From Spirochaetota bacterium (GTDB taxonomy: Bacteria; Spirochaetota; UBA4802; UBA5550), in contig OY760686.1 in the NCBI GenBank assembly GCA_963663865.1, positions 64,001-128,000 on the forward strand: a stretch of DNA of 64,000 bases, read 5' to 3'. A program made the position numbers and the translations under genes. The notes under the pieces are model-generated. The model was not told where the DNA came from. It saw only the letters and a program-made list of their open reading frames with translations, and did not search any database. Shown piece by piece: positions 1 through 8,872 of this stretch. How positions within the stretch are numbered: position 1 is the stretch's first letter; each line of letters opens with the position of its first letter.

Positions 1-162
1 AACTACCAGGCTAATCACGACAGGATTACCGCCTTCCGGCCATGAGAAAGACGTCCTGAGATCCGGAAAGAACTTCATCACCGCAATAAGTACAGCGAAG
101 CCTCCCGTAACAAAGATATTGTACCAGTACATCACACGCAGCCTGAAAGCCCTGTCGTTCAT
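1..162 (-). CDS. Hypothetical membrane protein, partial (runs off window start)
   Basis: Minus-strand GGAGGAGG RBS (168-175), ATG at 162, open frame MNDRAFRLRVMYWYNIFVTGGFAVLIAVMKFF... with hydrophobic segments; not in the supplied ORF track. Confidence 0.7.
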   Translation of the reverse strand, partial: MNDRAFRLRVMYWYNIFVTGGFAVLIAVMKFFPDLRTSFSWPEGGNPVVISLVV

Positions 163-213
163 AACAACCTCCTCCGATAATATGTCTAACACCCCCGCAA
201 GGACAGTAGCAGG

Positions 214-432
214 CTATTTCAAAGAATCCTCAATCGTCCCGTCCGGTAGCATCCAATCCGGATGATATTCTCCATTTTCTTCCATTTTATACCTCACGCA
301 ACACCTAAAATCCCCCATGCAGTATTCTTTAATCCATCTCCCCGCGATCCGGCCCTCTGCATAAAACTGATTCATTGGGCAGACTTTATACCATTTGCAT
401 TCATTGTTTTTTACGTACGACATCATATTCAA
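214..432 (-). CDS. Small Cys-rich putative metal-binding protein
   Basis: CKWYKVCP...YCMGDFRCCVRY...HPDWMLPDG; same Cys pattern as 37926-38147; true start may be ATG at 426 or 423. Confidence 0.7.
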   Translation of the reverse strand: MNMMSYVKNNECKWYKVCPMNQFYAEGRIAGRWIKEYCMGDFRCCVRYKMEENGEYHPDWMLPDGTIEDSLK

Positions 433-741
433 GACTTTTCGCTAAAACCTTCGAGATTGATACAATTCTTACAACATCAAGTTTATCCTCAATTTCGGCC
501 TTAATGAGCTCATCATCATCCAATTATAATCCAGCATAAATTGCAATGACTAGATAGCAACCTGCCGCATATATAAATAATTCCGGGGCGTAGAACCTCT
601 CGTACCAAAATTATCACCATTACCTACAGTATATGGGATATCCGCGTTGGATTCAAGGCATATTCCCATCAAATTATTACCTGTGTCGCACTTCAATATT
701 GGATTTCAGCACATCCCCCGGAGAATGGAGCAAAAGCATCT

Positions 742-1881
742 TTAAATATTCGAGACAACTCTGTCGCGGCCTCCGTTTTTTGCGGCGTATAGATTTTCAT
801 CCGCGCGGGCTATAAAGTGTTCATAATCTTCCGGATGTTCAGGAACGCCGCTGAAAACCCCGATGCTGACCGTATACGAAATCGGAACTTTTGCCTGGAC
901 TATCCGTTCTTTAACTGACAGCCTGATTCTCTCGGCTATATCATCAACGCATTGATTTGAGCACATAAGAAGTATACAGAACTCCTCTCCGCCTATTCTG
1001 CCAAAAAGGTCATAGTCCCTCACCAATTCAGATACGAGGCCTGAAAAATCCTGAAGTACCATATCTCCCGCAGCATGTCCATAGCTGTCATTTATGGTCT
1101 TAAAATGATCAAGATCAAGCATCAGAAGCGATACAGACGACTCTGTCCTGACCGCAAGCTTCATCATCGGTAATATACGCTCATAAAAAGCCCTCCGGTT
1201 GAGTACTCCGGTCAGAGGGTCAGTTGAGGCAGCTGATTCCAGCATCCTGTCAGCCTCCTGCTTTAACAGAAGAACCTGTCCGAATCCGCTTGTGTACATC
1301 AGGCCAAAAATAGAATAAAAGGCGAGCGCGTTTACTACGGTGGAAGAAAATATTCCCGCTTCCCCTCCTGAAGCAAAGGCGAAAAAAGACCTCAGAGCCA
1401 GAACAGAACAAAAAAAGGCCAACAGTACCAGAATTGCTCTATGCAGCAAACTCTTCTGCCTGAGCATAAGAATATGCAGGCAGGCTGTTCCATATATTAC
1501 ACAGCCGACAGCGCTTGCCACGGCTACCCTCATGCCGGGGGAATCTCCCAAGACCCAGTAGATTCCCGCTCCAGAGACAGCTAAGAATGATATAACCACA
1601 ATGAAAACGATGTTCCTGCCTGACAGACATATAAAACCAAGCACATCAAGAGCAAACCCGGCGAAAAGAACCACATTCCCCGTATACGCCGACACAACAT
1701 CCGGAATCTGCCCTCGCATCGCGAGCAGAATCCATGCGACAGCCTGAAAAAACCTCCCCAGAAGAAACAGAAAACTCGGGATTTTAGTCTGCCTGCCTCC
1801 GTACCCTACAAGCAGAACAATCGACAGAACATTTCCTATCGATAACAGGTACAAAACTGTTTTAATATCTATTTCAAACAT
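742..1881 (-). CDS. Membrane-bound diguanylate cyclase (GGDEF)
   Basis: About 7 N-terminal TM segments; DPLTGVLNRR, DLDHFKTINDSYGHAAGD, RDYD I-site, GGEEF. Confidence 0.95.
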   Translation of the reverse strand: MFEIDIKTVLYLLSIGNVLSIVLLVGYGGRQTKIPSFLFLLGRFFQAVAWILLAMRGQIPDVVSAYTGNVVLFAGFALDVLGFICLSGRNIVFIVVISFLAVSGAGIYWVLGDSPGMRVAVASAVGCVIYGTACLHILMLRQKSLLHRAILVLLAFFCSVLALRSFFAFASGGEAGIFSSTVVNALAFYSIFGLMYTSGFGQVLLLKQEADRMLESAASTDPLTGVLNRRAFYERILPMMKLAVRTESSVSLLMLDLDHFKTINDSYGHAAGDMVLQDFSGLVSELVRDYDLFGRIGGEEFCILLMCSNQCVDDIAERIRLSVKERIVQAKVPISYTVSIGVFSGVPEHPEDYEHFIARADENLYAAKNGGRDRVVSNI

Positions 1882-2140
1882 AGGCCTCTGATGATGTTTT
1901 CCTCTGGAGTATTAAACAACTGAAAATCAGGCGCGAATTCAAAACATTTGCCTGCATAAATCATATCCAATGGGACTATCAGCAAAATGTCAACACTATC
2001 CCGGCGCTCCCGTCAAATTACATGCTTGACACTTCCCGCCAATGCCTAAGTCTGATTTATAACTGATTCAGACACCGCCGGCATCTGAGGGCGCTGTCTT
2101 TAATAAAACGCATTTTTTTAGAATTACCGGGGATATTCAC

Positions 2141-2404
2141 ATGAAGGACATTACCAACACAAAGGAAATGAACTACCCGACGGAGATTACCTTCAAGGCT
2201 ATATTCAGAAACAGAAGCTGCACCATGGACAGCATAAGAGGCATCCTCGCTGAAGAGGAGCTCTCCGCTGCCGTCACCTCGACACCGAGCAGCGGCGGCA
2301 AGTTTATATCATACACCACTACGGCTGTCTTTGCGTCTGAAGAGAGCCTTCAGAGGGTCTGCGGCAGAATATCGTCTCTCGAAGGATACATGACAATGTT
2401 TTAA
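2141..2404 (+). CDS. DUF493/YbeD family protein
   Basis: YPTEITFKAI and SSGGKFISYT motifs; 87 aa. Confidence 0.8.
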   Translation: MKDITNTKEMNYPTEITFKAIFRNRSCTMDSIRGILAEEELSAAVTSTPSSGGKFISYTTTAVFASEESLQRVCGRISSLEGYMTMF

Positions 2405-2445
2405 AAAAAGCTGACAGTCCCGACGGACAAGAACGGGACTGCAGC
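2403..2445 (-). terminator. Intrinsic terminator oriented for a minus-strand transcript
   Basis: Minus strand: GCTGCAGTCCCG-loop-CGGGACTGTCAGC followed by T7; no T-tract on the plus strand. Confidence 0.65.
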
Positions 2446-2665
2446 GTAAAAGGAATTTGAACACATCGAAGTTAGTGACAACTAACCTCTCCTCCCTGTC
2501 AAGTCTTAGTCTGTTTTTTTGCTTTTTTTATGTCACTGCTAAAGGCTGCTGCCGCCAACAAGGCCGGAAATAATAGCTTTTCCCCATATTTTGTGCCAAT
2601 ATTTTCATAACAATTCCGTCATAATAAACATCAGGAACTGATTAAGGCTGAAAGGTAACGGTTGG

Positions 2666-3160
2666 ATGCAGATTAGCGAATTCTTCAAAGCTGAGTACGT
2701 AAAAATGACTTCGTTTGTCAAAAAACGCATCAAGGATAGTGCTCTCAACGACAGTGAGGACATCGTTCAGGAGGTTTTTACGTCACTCTTCGACGCGGCC
2801 GATATTTCAGCTCCGATTGAGAACCTCTCGGCCTACATCTACAGAGCGCTGAGAAACAGGATTACGGATATCCTCAGAAAAAAACCGGAGCCGGACTCCA
2901 TATCCGAAGAGCATGCGGACTCCGGCTTCAGTCCGGAGGGGGAATACTTAACAACGGAGCTTAACGCTGTCATTTACGAGGCAGTTGACTGTCTTCCAGA
3001 AGCGGAACGGGAAGTCTTTGTCCGGACTGTTTTTGACGGGCATTCCTTTCGCGAAATCGCAGAGGAAACCGGGATTCCAATCGGCACGCTTCTGTGGAGG
3101 AAATCCCAGGCTGTGAAGAAAATGAGACAAATGCTTGAAAGGTACGGGCCCTTTGACTAA
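2666..3160 (+). CDS. ECF-type RNA polymerase sigma factor
   Basis: Region 2 SEDIVQEVF..AYIYRALRNRITDILRK; region 4 LPEAEREVF..SFREIAEETGIPIGTLL. Confidence 0.92.
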   Translation: MQISEFFKAEYVKMTSFVKKRIKDSALNDSEDIVQEVFTSLFDAADISAPIENLSAYIYRALRNRITDILRKKPEPDSISEEHADSGFSPEGEYLTTELNAVIYEAVDCLPEAEREVFVRTVFDGHSFREIAEETGIPIGTLLWRKSQAVKKMRQMLERYGPFD

Positions 3161-3208
3161 GGCGCGGCCGGTTATTACACCAATATTGATTATTCATGGA
3201 GGCAGATT

Positions 3209-3568
3209 ATGTACTTTAAGGAAACAGACTCAATCCCGCTGAGAGCGCTCAAGATTATCGGGGCAACGCTGCTGGGGATCGCGGGCGCGGTTGTTCTCGC
3301 GGGAATCTTCGGCTTCGGCGTTAAATACCTGTGGAACTGGCTGATGCCGGACATCTTCGGGCTGAGGACGATTAACTTTTGGGAGGCTTTCGGCCTTGTG
3401 GTGCTGGCAAGGCTTCTGGTCGGAGGCTGGAGACACCCACACTCAGCGCACACGTCGCCCAGGCGGCACATTCACGAATTTACTCACACGCCCCGCGGGC
3501 GCAGAAAGCCCGAAGGCGTACAGGCTCCTGAGACGGAATATTCCGGCTCTGATGATGTTAACAACTGA
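3209..3568 (+). CDS. Membrane protein co-oriented with the ECF sigma (possible anti-sigma or partner)
   Basis: GGAGG RBS; hydrophobic N-half with LWNWLMPDIFGLRTINFWEAFGL; His-rich tail. Confidence 0.75.
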   Translation: MYFKETDSIPLRALKIIGATLLGIAGAVVLAGIFGFGVKYLWNWLMPDIFGLRTINFWEAFGLVVLARLLVGGWRHPHSAHTSPRRHIHEFTHTPRGRRKPEGVQAPETEYSGSDDVNN

Positions 3569-3583
3569 TCATAGAGCCGTAAC

Positions 3584-3612
3584 GTCAGGCCGGGCAAATT
3601 CTCCGGCCTGAC
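3584..3612. terminator. Hairpin between convergent genes
   Basis: GTCAGGCCGG...CCGGCCTGAC 10-bp inverted repeat. Confidence 0.55.
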
Positions 3613-3648
3613 CGCCGCCGACCCTGGTATTGAAACATTGTACGGCGT

Positions 3649-4725
3649 TCAGCCCTCGTTCTTTCTCTTGAACTCGCGCATAATCCGCTTCATCTCCCCT
3701 TTGCTTCCGAACATATTCCTGATCTTTTCGTTCTCTATCTGCCGCGCGTTGAGCAGGCCATATGCCGCCTCGCGTGAAAGCTTGAGCCAGCTTTCGAGCC
3801 GTTCAGCGGCAAGAGTGCCCTTCTCCACCGCGTCCCTTACAGAGCAGCCCGGTTCCGTTAGATGTGTGCAGTCCTTGAAGCGGCAGTGCCGGGCAAGCTC
3901 TGCTATGTCAGCAAAGGCGTCCGAGAGATCAGCGTCTGAAAGCCTGAACTCACGCATTCCCGGCGTGTCGAGCACGAGTCCTCCGCCCGGCAGCATCATC
4001 AGCTCACGGCTTGTCGTAGTGTGCCGGCCCTTGCCGTCTCGGCGCGTTCCGTTCACCGCGGCGACATCCTTCCCCGCGAGGCGGTTGATAAGAGTTGACT
4101 TCCCGACACCTGAAGACCCGACAAACGCGCATGTACATCCTTCCCTTATGAATGACATGACCGGCAGAGGTTCTTCCTCTTCCAGGGCCGAAGTGACAAT
4201 CAAGGATACATTCCGAGTGACGGGCTCAAGCTCCCCGAGTTTCTCCTCGACATCATCTACCAGGTCGGCCTTTGTCAGTATAACAACGGGCTTTGCGCCC
4301 GACGCGCAAGCCGCGCTCAGGTAGCGCTCAATCCGCCGTGGATTGAAGTCTTCCGTTAGAGACATGCAGATGAAAATGACATCGATGTTGGCGGCTATCA
4401 GCTGTCTCTGCCCCCCTCCTGCCGATGTCCTGCCAAAGGCGGTCTTGCGCGGCAGTACCGCGTGAATCACACAAAAGCGTGTTTCAGGGTCAGCCGCGCT
4501 ATGCATGACCCAGTCGCCGACAGCGGGGTACTCGGAAGGGCTTTCCGCCATGTGCATGAAACGGCCCGAAACAGAAGCGGTCATTTCGCCTTCTGACGTT
4601 ATAAGGCTGTATATATCGTGATGCTGCCCCGTTATACGAGCGGGATCGAACTCAGGGCAAAGAAGAGCGGCGGCTTTGAAGTAATCATCAAAGCCGTATT
4701 TTGATAAGTCTGTATTCCTGTTCAT
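3649..4725 (-). CDS. rsgA: Ribosome small subunit-dependent GTPase A (RsgA)
   Basis: Circularly permuted GTPase motifs TKADL, GSSGVGKST, GRHTT, DTPGMR; Zn finger CRFKDCTHLTEPGC; ATG 4725 behind GGAGG. Confidence 0.95.
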   Translation of the reverse strand: MNRNTDLSKYGFDDYFKAAALLCPEFDPARITGQHHDIYSLITSEGEMTASVSGRFMHMAESPSEYPAVGDWVMHSAADPETRFCVIHAVLPRKTAFGRTSAGGGQRQLIAANIDVIFICMSLTEDFNPRRIERYLSAACASGAKPVVILTKADLVDDVEEKLGELEPVTRNVSLIVTSALEEEEPLPVMSFIREGCTCAFVGSSGVGKSTLINRLAGKDVAAVNGTRRDGKGRHTTTSRELMMLPGGGLVLDTPGMREFRLSDADLSDAFADIAELARHCRFKDCTHLTEPGCSVRDAVEKGTLAAERLESWLKLSREAAYGLLNARQIENEKIRNMFGSKGEMKRIMREFKRKNEG

Positions 4726-4773
4726 TGTTTCCTCCGGTAATATTATCAACGGAATCCGGAGGGGAGAAGTCCG

Positions 4774-4824
4774 CTATTTCCCCTCCGGGGAAACAACACT
4801 CTCCAAAAATAATTGTGTTTTCAA
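4774..4824 (-). CDS. Putative 16-aa leader peptide of rsgA (MKTQLFLESVVSPEGK)
   Basis: AAGGAG RBS, TTG start, TAG stop; overlaps a hairpin whose 3' arm can also pair with the rsgA RBS. Confidence 0.55.
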   Translation of the reverse strand: MKTQLFLESVVSPEGK

Positions 4825-4943
4825 AAAAACTCCTTTTTAGACATTATCAGGGGAATTCTTCAGGAAGGCAAGAAGAAATATGAAATATTTCTTCATAAGA
4901 GGGGCAGAGCGCACAGCGCCGGCCCCTTACTATGATGTTTTAA

Positions 4944-5135
4944 TCAATCAACGTTTTCTGTTTTTTTGCTGAAAAAAGTCTCTTTAACAAAGATTACGGC
5001 AAAAACTGCCGAAAGGAAAATGCACACTGCCAACCATGCATTTTTACTGAGATGAAGCGTGCCGTATGACCCGCTGAAATAGACCGAATAAGCTATAAAA
5101 ACAAGACAGAATGCGATTACGCCTGTAGCGCTCAT
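4944..5135 (-). CDS. Small two-TM hypothetical protein
   Basis: GAGG RBS; two hydrophobic helices; 63 aa. Confidence 0.55.
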   Translation of the reverse strand: MSATGVIAFCLVFIAYSVYFSGSYGTLHLSKNAWLAVCIFLSAVFAVIFVKETFFSKKTENVD

Positions 5136-5208
5136 GTTAACCTCTCAGGTTGATAATGTAAAATTTCCACGCCCATAGAAGCGCGGCGATTAGTTTTTAT
5201 CAACCCGG

Positions 5209-5517
5209 TCAGGTAAAGACTCCTCTGCTCCACACCGGGAACTTTGAGGATAGATGAACTGTTTCAAAAATGTTACCGAAAGTTAAATGACGACTGGACG
5301 GAGACAATTCCCACAATTCAGATAGTGCATGAAATTTCATCTCCAGCCTGATCTTGCCTGAAACACAACCTGAAGATGTTTGAGATTCGCAGATACATGA
5401 AGAGTCCTGCTGCTTTATGGGCTCCGCGCTGACCTGATTCAGGCTGGCCGCGAGCAAATAAGCAGTCACTGCGAAAAGAATCACCGCTGTAAATATTCGT
5501 TTACGATGAATCATCAT
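5209..5517 (-). CDS. Hypothetical protein with signal-peptide-like N-terminus
   Basis: 102-aa ORF, basic then hydrophobic N-terminus; family not recognised. Confidence 0.45.
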   Translation of the reverse strand: MMIHRKRIFTAVILFAVTAYLLAASLNQVSAEPIKQQDSSCICESQTSSGCVSGKIRLEMKFHALSELWELSPSSRHLTFGNIFETVHLSSKFPVWSRGVFT

Positions 5518-5647
5518 TTACCCCTAAACGGAGTACAGATCGGCGAAGGCTTCCAAAACAGCAAGCATATTTCGTTCAATTTTTGCGGAAAAACCCGGCG
5601 GTATATCCATAATTATTTAAATTTTTGGAACTGACTAAAGTTTTTAG

Positions 5648-5676
5648 TTGACTTTACTTAGACGTCTAACTATTTT
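5648..5676 (+). promoter_or_regulatory. Sigma70 promoter of marR with embedded palindromic operator TTAGACGTCTAA
   Basis: TTGACT(5648-5653)-17 bp-TATTTT(5671-5676); perfect palindrome at 5658-5669 in the spacer. Confidence 0.7.
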
Positions 5677-5682
5677 GAATTC

Positions 5683-6105
5683 ATGATTTTATTGAAAACA
5701 TTGACAACCATTGCGGCCATACACGAAGCTGCCAATCACTACATAATTCAGGAAATGGAAAAGCGCGGCATCAAAGGCCTTGTTCCTTCACATGGCGCCA
5801 TTTTAAATGCACTTTATTCGAAGGGTTCCATGACAATGAAGGAAATAGCGGAAGCTATAAAGAGGAAACAGTCCACAGTTACTGTCTTAACAGAAAAACT
5901 TGTTCAGAACGGATATGTAAAAAAGGAGAAGGATTCTGAAGACAGCAGGGTATGGAATATCATCCTTACGACAAAAGGTCTGGAGTTTCAGCTCGATTTC
6001 GTGGAGATATCTCAAAACCTTAATAAAAAGATACACGCGGGAATGAGCAATAACGAGATTAATACTCTTACCGCTTTCCTTGAAAAGATTGAATTGAACT
6101 TTTAG
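5683..6105 (+). CDS. MarR family transcriptional regulator
   Basis: wHTH TMKEIAEAIKRKQSTVTVLTEKLVQNGYV, DSEDSRV..LTTKG. Confidence 0.93.
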   Translation: MILLKTLTTIAAIHEAANHYIIQEMEKRGIKGLVPSHGAILNALYSKGSMTMKEIAEAIKRKQSTVTVLTEKLVQNGYVKKEKDSEDSRVWNIILTTKGLEFQLDFVEISQNLNKKIHAGMSNNEINTLTAFLEKIELNF

Positions 6106-6110
6106 TTTTT

Positions 6111-6148
6111 CGCGGATATATATTTAGACGTCTAAGTATATATCCGCG
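6111..6148. promoter_or_regulatory. 38-bp near-perfect palindrome centred on a second TTAGACGTCTAA
   Basis: CGCGGATATATATTTAGACGTCTAAGTATATATCCGCG, one mismatched pair. Confidence 0.7.
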
Positions 6149-6202
6149 AGACATCTAAACGATACTCAAGAAAATCATGAAGTCAATAGAAAGGAGGACT
6201 CA

Positions 6203-7030
6203 ATGAAAACAACATTAAGGATTGCATCACTACCCCTTATCCTGGGTCTGGCTTTATTTGCCTGTAAAAGCCATGACAAAAAAGAGGCAGTAGTATCTCT
6301 GCTTAAATCCATCGAAACAGGGGACACAAAACCTGTAGCTCTCATTAACCCGGACAAGTATATTCAGCACAATCTCTCTGCAGCTGACGGCCTTGCCGGA
6401 TTTGGAGAACTGCTATCACAGCTGCCTCCCAACTCAGCGAAAGTAAATACTGTCAGGGTGTTTCAGGACGGAGAATATGTATTTGCACACACTGAATATA
6501 ATTTCTTCGGACCGAAAATAGGGTTCGATATTTTCAGGTTTGAAAACGGAAAGATTGTTGAACACTGGGACAATCTTCAGGAAATACAGGGACCAAATCC
6601 CAGCGGCCGTACAATGACAGACGGTCCGGTTAAAGCAAAAGACAGGGATAAAACCGAACAGAATAAGCAATTTGTAAAAGCTTTCGTCAGCGATATTCTC
6701 GTAAACAGCAAAATTGATAAAATATCCCATTATATCGACGCCGATAACTATATCCAGCATAACCCTGTGATCGCGGATGGGCTTTCAGGGCTCGATAAAG
6801 CGCTTAAAGCAATGGCCAAACAGGGCATTATCATGAAATATGAAAAAATCCATAAAGTTCTCGGAGAGAGCAATTTCGTCCTGACCGTAAGCGAGGGCTC
6901 ATTCGGCGGAAAGCATACATCCTTTTATGACCTGTTTCGAGTTGAAAACGGCAAAATTGTTGAACACTGGGACGTAATCGAAACGATTCTGCCGAAAGAG
7001 CAGTGGAAAAACAGCAACGGAAAGTTTTAG
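6203..7030 (+). CDS. Lipoprotein with tandem SnoaL/NTF2-like domains
   Basis: Lipobox LFAC; duplicated YIQHN...ADG and DxFRxENGKIVEHWD motifs. Confidence 0.9.
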   Translation: MKTTLRIASLPLILGLALFACKSHDKKEAVVSLLKSIETGDTKPVALINPDKYIQHNLSAADGLAGFGELLSQLPPNSAKVNTVRVFQDGEYVFAHTEYNFFGPKIGFDIFRFENGKIVEHWDNLQEIQGPNPSGRTMTDGPVKAKDRDKTEQNKQFVKAFVSDILVNSKIDKISHYIDADNYIQHNPVIADGLSGLDKALKAMAKQGIIMKYEKIHKVLGESNFVLTVSEGSFGGKHTSFYDLFRVENGKIVEHWDVIETILPKEQWKNSNGKF

Positions 7031-7095
7031 TTTCACCTCCTGTGCTCCTATAATAGTGGAGCACAGTTTAAACCTATAATAAATGAGGATATAAA

Positions 7096-7500
7096 ATGAA
7101 TCAAGTACTCAACTTTATCAATAACAGCCCTGTTCAGTATTTTGCCACTGTGGGCCTGGACGAGAAACCAAAGGTAAGACCTTTCCAGTTCATGCTTGAG
7201 GATAATGGTAAACTGTACTTTTGCACCTCAAATCAAAAAAACGTATATCGGGAAATGTCAGCCAATCCCTACGTCGAGATGTGCTGCTCAGGTGAGAACT
7301 TTTCCTGGATGAGATTGAGCGGTAAGGCGGTTTTTTCTAAGGATATTTCACTGAAACAAAAGGTCCTTGAAACAAGCCCTCTGGTAAAGTCAATATATCA
7401 GACCCCCGAAAACCCCGAATTTGAGATATTCTATCTTGAGCAGGCAGTCGCGGTGATATCGGACTTCAGCGGCAATCCTCCGTCAACACACAGGCTATAG
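7096..7500 (+). CDS. Pyridoxamine 5'-phosphate oxidase family FMN-binding protein
   Basis: YFATVGLDEKPKVRPF, LYFCTSNQKNVY..NPYVE, WMRLSGKA. Confidence 0.88.
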   Translation: MNQVLNFINNSPVQYFATVGLDEKPKVRPFQFMLEDNGKLYFCTSNQKNVYREMSANPYVEMCCSGENFSWMRLSGKAVFSKDISLKQKVLETSPLVKSIYQTPENPEFEIFYLEQAVAVISDFSGNPPSTHRL

Positions 7501-7518
7501 CTTAACCTTTTAGCATCG

Positions 7519-7553
7519 GCATTCCGGCTATTCCATGCCGGAATGCGCTTTTT
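7519..7553 (+). terminator. Intrinsic terminator of the marR operon
   Basis: GCATTCCGGC-loop-GCCGGAATGC followed by GC-T5. Confidence 0.75.
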
Positions 7554-7740
7554 AAAATCCACCGCTTATCAGCCAAAAAAACAGCCCTCCCAATTTGGGC
7601 GGTTAACTTTATAATTTTTTATGGCTTTAACGTATCAACCAGAGCGGCATAAGGCTGATATCCAAAAGTAAAAAATCCTTGCATCAGCTCCCCCTTTTTT
7701 GGTAGAATCAGTCCCTTTCGTTTAACGATGGAGGCAGATT

Positions 7741-8856
7741 GTGATTGATATTGAAGGTAAGTACAACACCGCTCATATTATGATTGATGATATCGACCCC
7801 TTTACGCGCGAACAGATTCAGCGGATGATGGACAACCCCGCGTTCAGCGGCAGCCGGGTAGCGGTCATGCCAGACTGTCATGCCGGCGTCGGAGCTGTCA
7901 TAGGCTTCACCATGAAGATGAACGATTACATTATTCCCAATATCGTTGGGGTGGATATAGGCTGCGGCATGCTCAGCGCCTGTTTCGGGGAAATCGATAT
8001 TGACCCTGCCGAACTCGACAGCTTCATAAAAAAGAGAATTCCCTCATCAACCGGAATAAACCGTCAGACGGAAGACGGCCTGGGCCAGCTCGCGGAAGAG
8101 ACCGCACAGGTCTGCGAAACAATAGGCATTGAGGCGGATAAGGCCCTGAGAGCAATCGGCTCTCTGAGCGGAGGCAACCACTTCATCGAAGCAGGGCGCG
8201 GCACTGACGGAAGGCTGTGGATAACCATTCACTCGGGAAGCCGCAACTTCGGCCTCCAGGTTGCCATGTTCAGCCAGAGAAAGGCTAAGGAGAAGCACAG
8301 AGACAGGCCTGACAATGTTCCAGGGCTTGAGTCTCTTGAAACAGACAGCCGGGACGGGCGTGAATACCTTAAGCACCTCAGAACAGCTCAACTCTTTGCC
8401 GCCATGAACCGCCGCGTTATGATGTCCCGCATATCGGAGATTGCCGGAGATCCGATCGAGACACATGAGTCAGTGCACAACTTTATTGGAGACGATGACA
8501 TCATCAGAAAGGGTGCGACCCCCGCGAGAGACGGAGAAACCGTCATTCTGCCGTTCAACATGAGGGACGGCATAGCCCTCTGCCGCGGCAAGGGATCGGC
8601 TGAGTATAACTACTCTGCACCGCACGGAGCCGGACGTGTGCTCAGCCGCACTCAGGCAAAGGCAAGCCTTGACCTCAGCGAGCTCCAGAACCAGATGAAG
8701 CAGGCGGGAATTTACACCACAACGGCCACCAGAGGCACCCTTGACGAGGCTCCGGCAGCCTATAAGGACAGAGAGCTAATACTCAAAAATATATCTGCCA
8801 CCGTTGAAGTGATAGACTTCATCAAGCCCTTTTACAACTTCAAGGCTTCAGGATAA
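7741..8856 (+). CDS. rtcB: RtcB family RNA ligase
   Basis: MPDCH, VGVDIGCG, GGNHF, HSGSRN, HN, RKGA, SAPHGAGR, DEAPAAYK; GGAGG RBS and TTGCAT/TAGAAT promoter at 7679-7708. Confidence 0.95.
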   Translation: MIDIEGKYNTAHIMIDDIDPFTREQIQRMMDNPAFSGSRVAVMPDCHAGVGAVIGFTMKMNDYIIPNIVGVDIGCGMLSACFGEIDIDPAELDSFIKKRIPSSTGINRQTEDGLGQLAEETAQVCETIGIEADKALRAIGSLSGGNHFIEAGRGTDGRLWITIHSGSRNFGLQVAMFSQRKAKEKHRDRPDNVPGLESLETDSRDGREYLKHLRTAQLFAAMNRRVMMSRISEIAGDPIETHESVHNFIGDDDIIRKGATPARDGETVILPFNMRDGIALCRGKGSAEYNYSAPHGAGRVLSRTQAKASLDLSELQNQMKQAGIYTTTATRGTLDEAPAAYKDRELILKNISATVEVIDFIKPFYNFKASG

Positions 8857-8872
8857 AGCCAAACGTGCCTTT

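Noticed and set aside
3638-4324. Long antisense ORFs such as 3638-4324, 10257-10877, 25065-25739 and 42091-42690
   Set aside because: Shadow frames opposite well-supported genes, with no recognisable motifs.
7574-7604. Second orphan minus-strand terminator-like hairpin
   Set aside because: Weak, mismatched stem and no supporting promoter.
7711-7727. GTCCCTTTCGTTTAACG resembles a tRNA 5' end just upstream of rtcB
   Set aside because: Only 17 nt; no anticodon arm, T arm or acceptor partner; it runs straight into the rtcB RBS.
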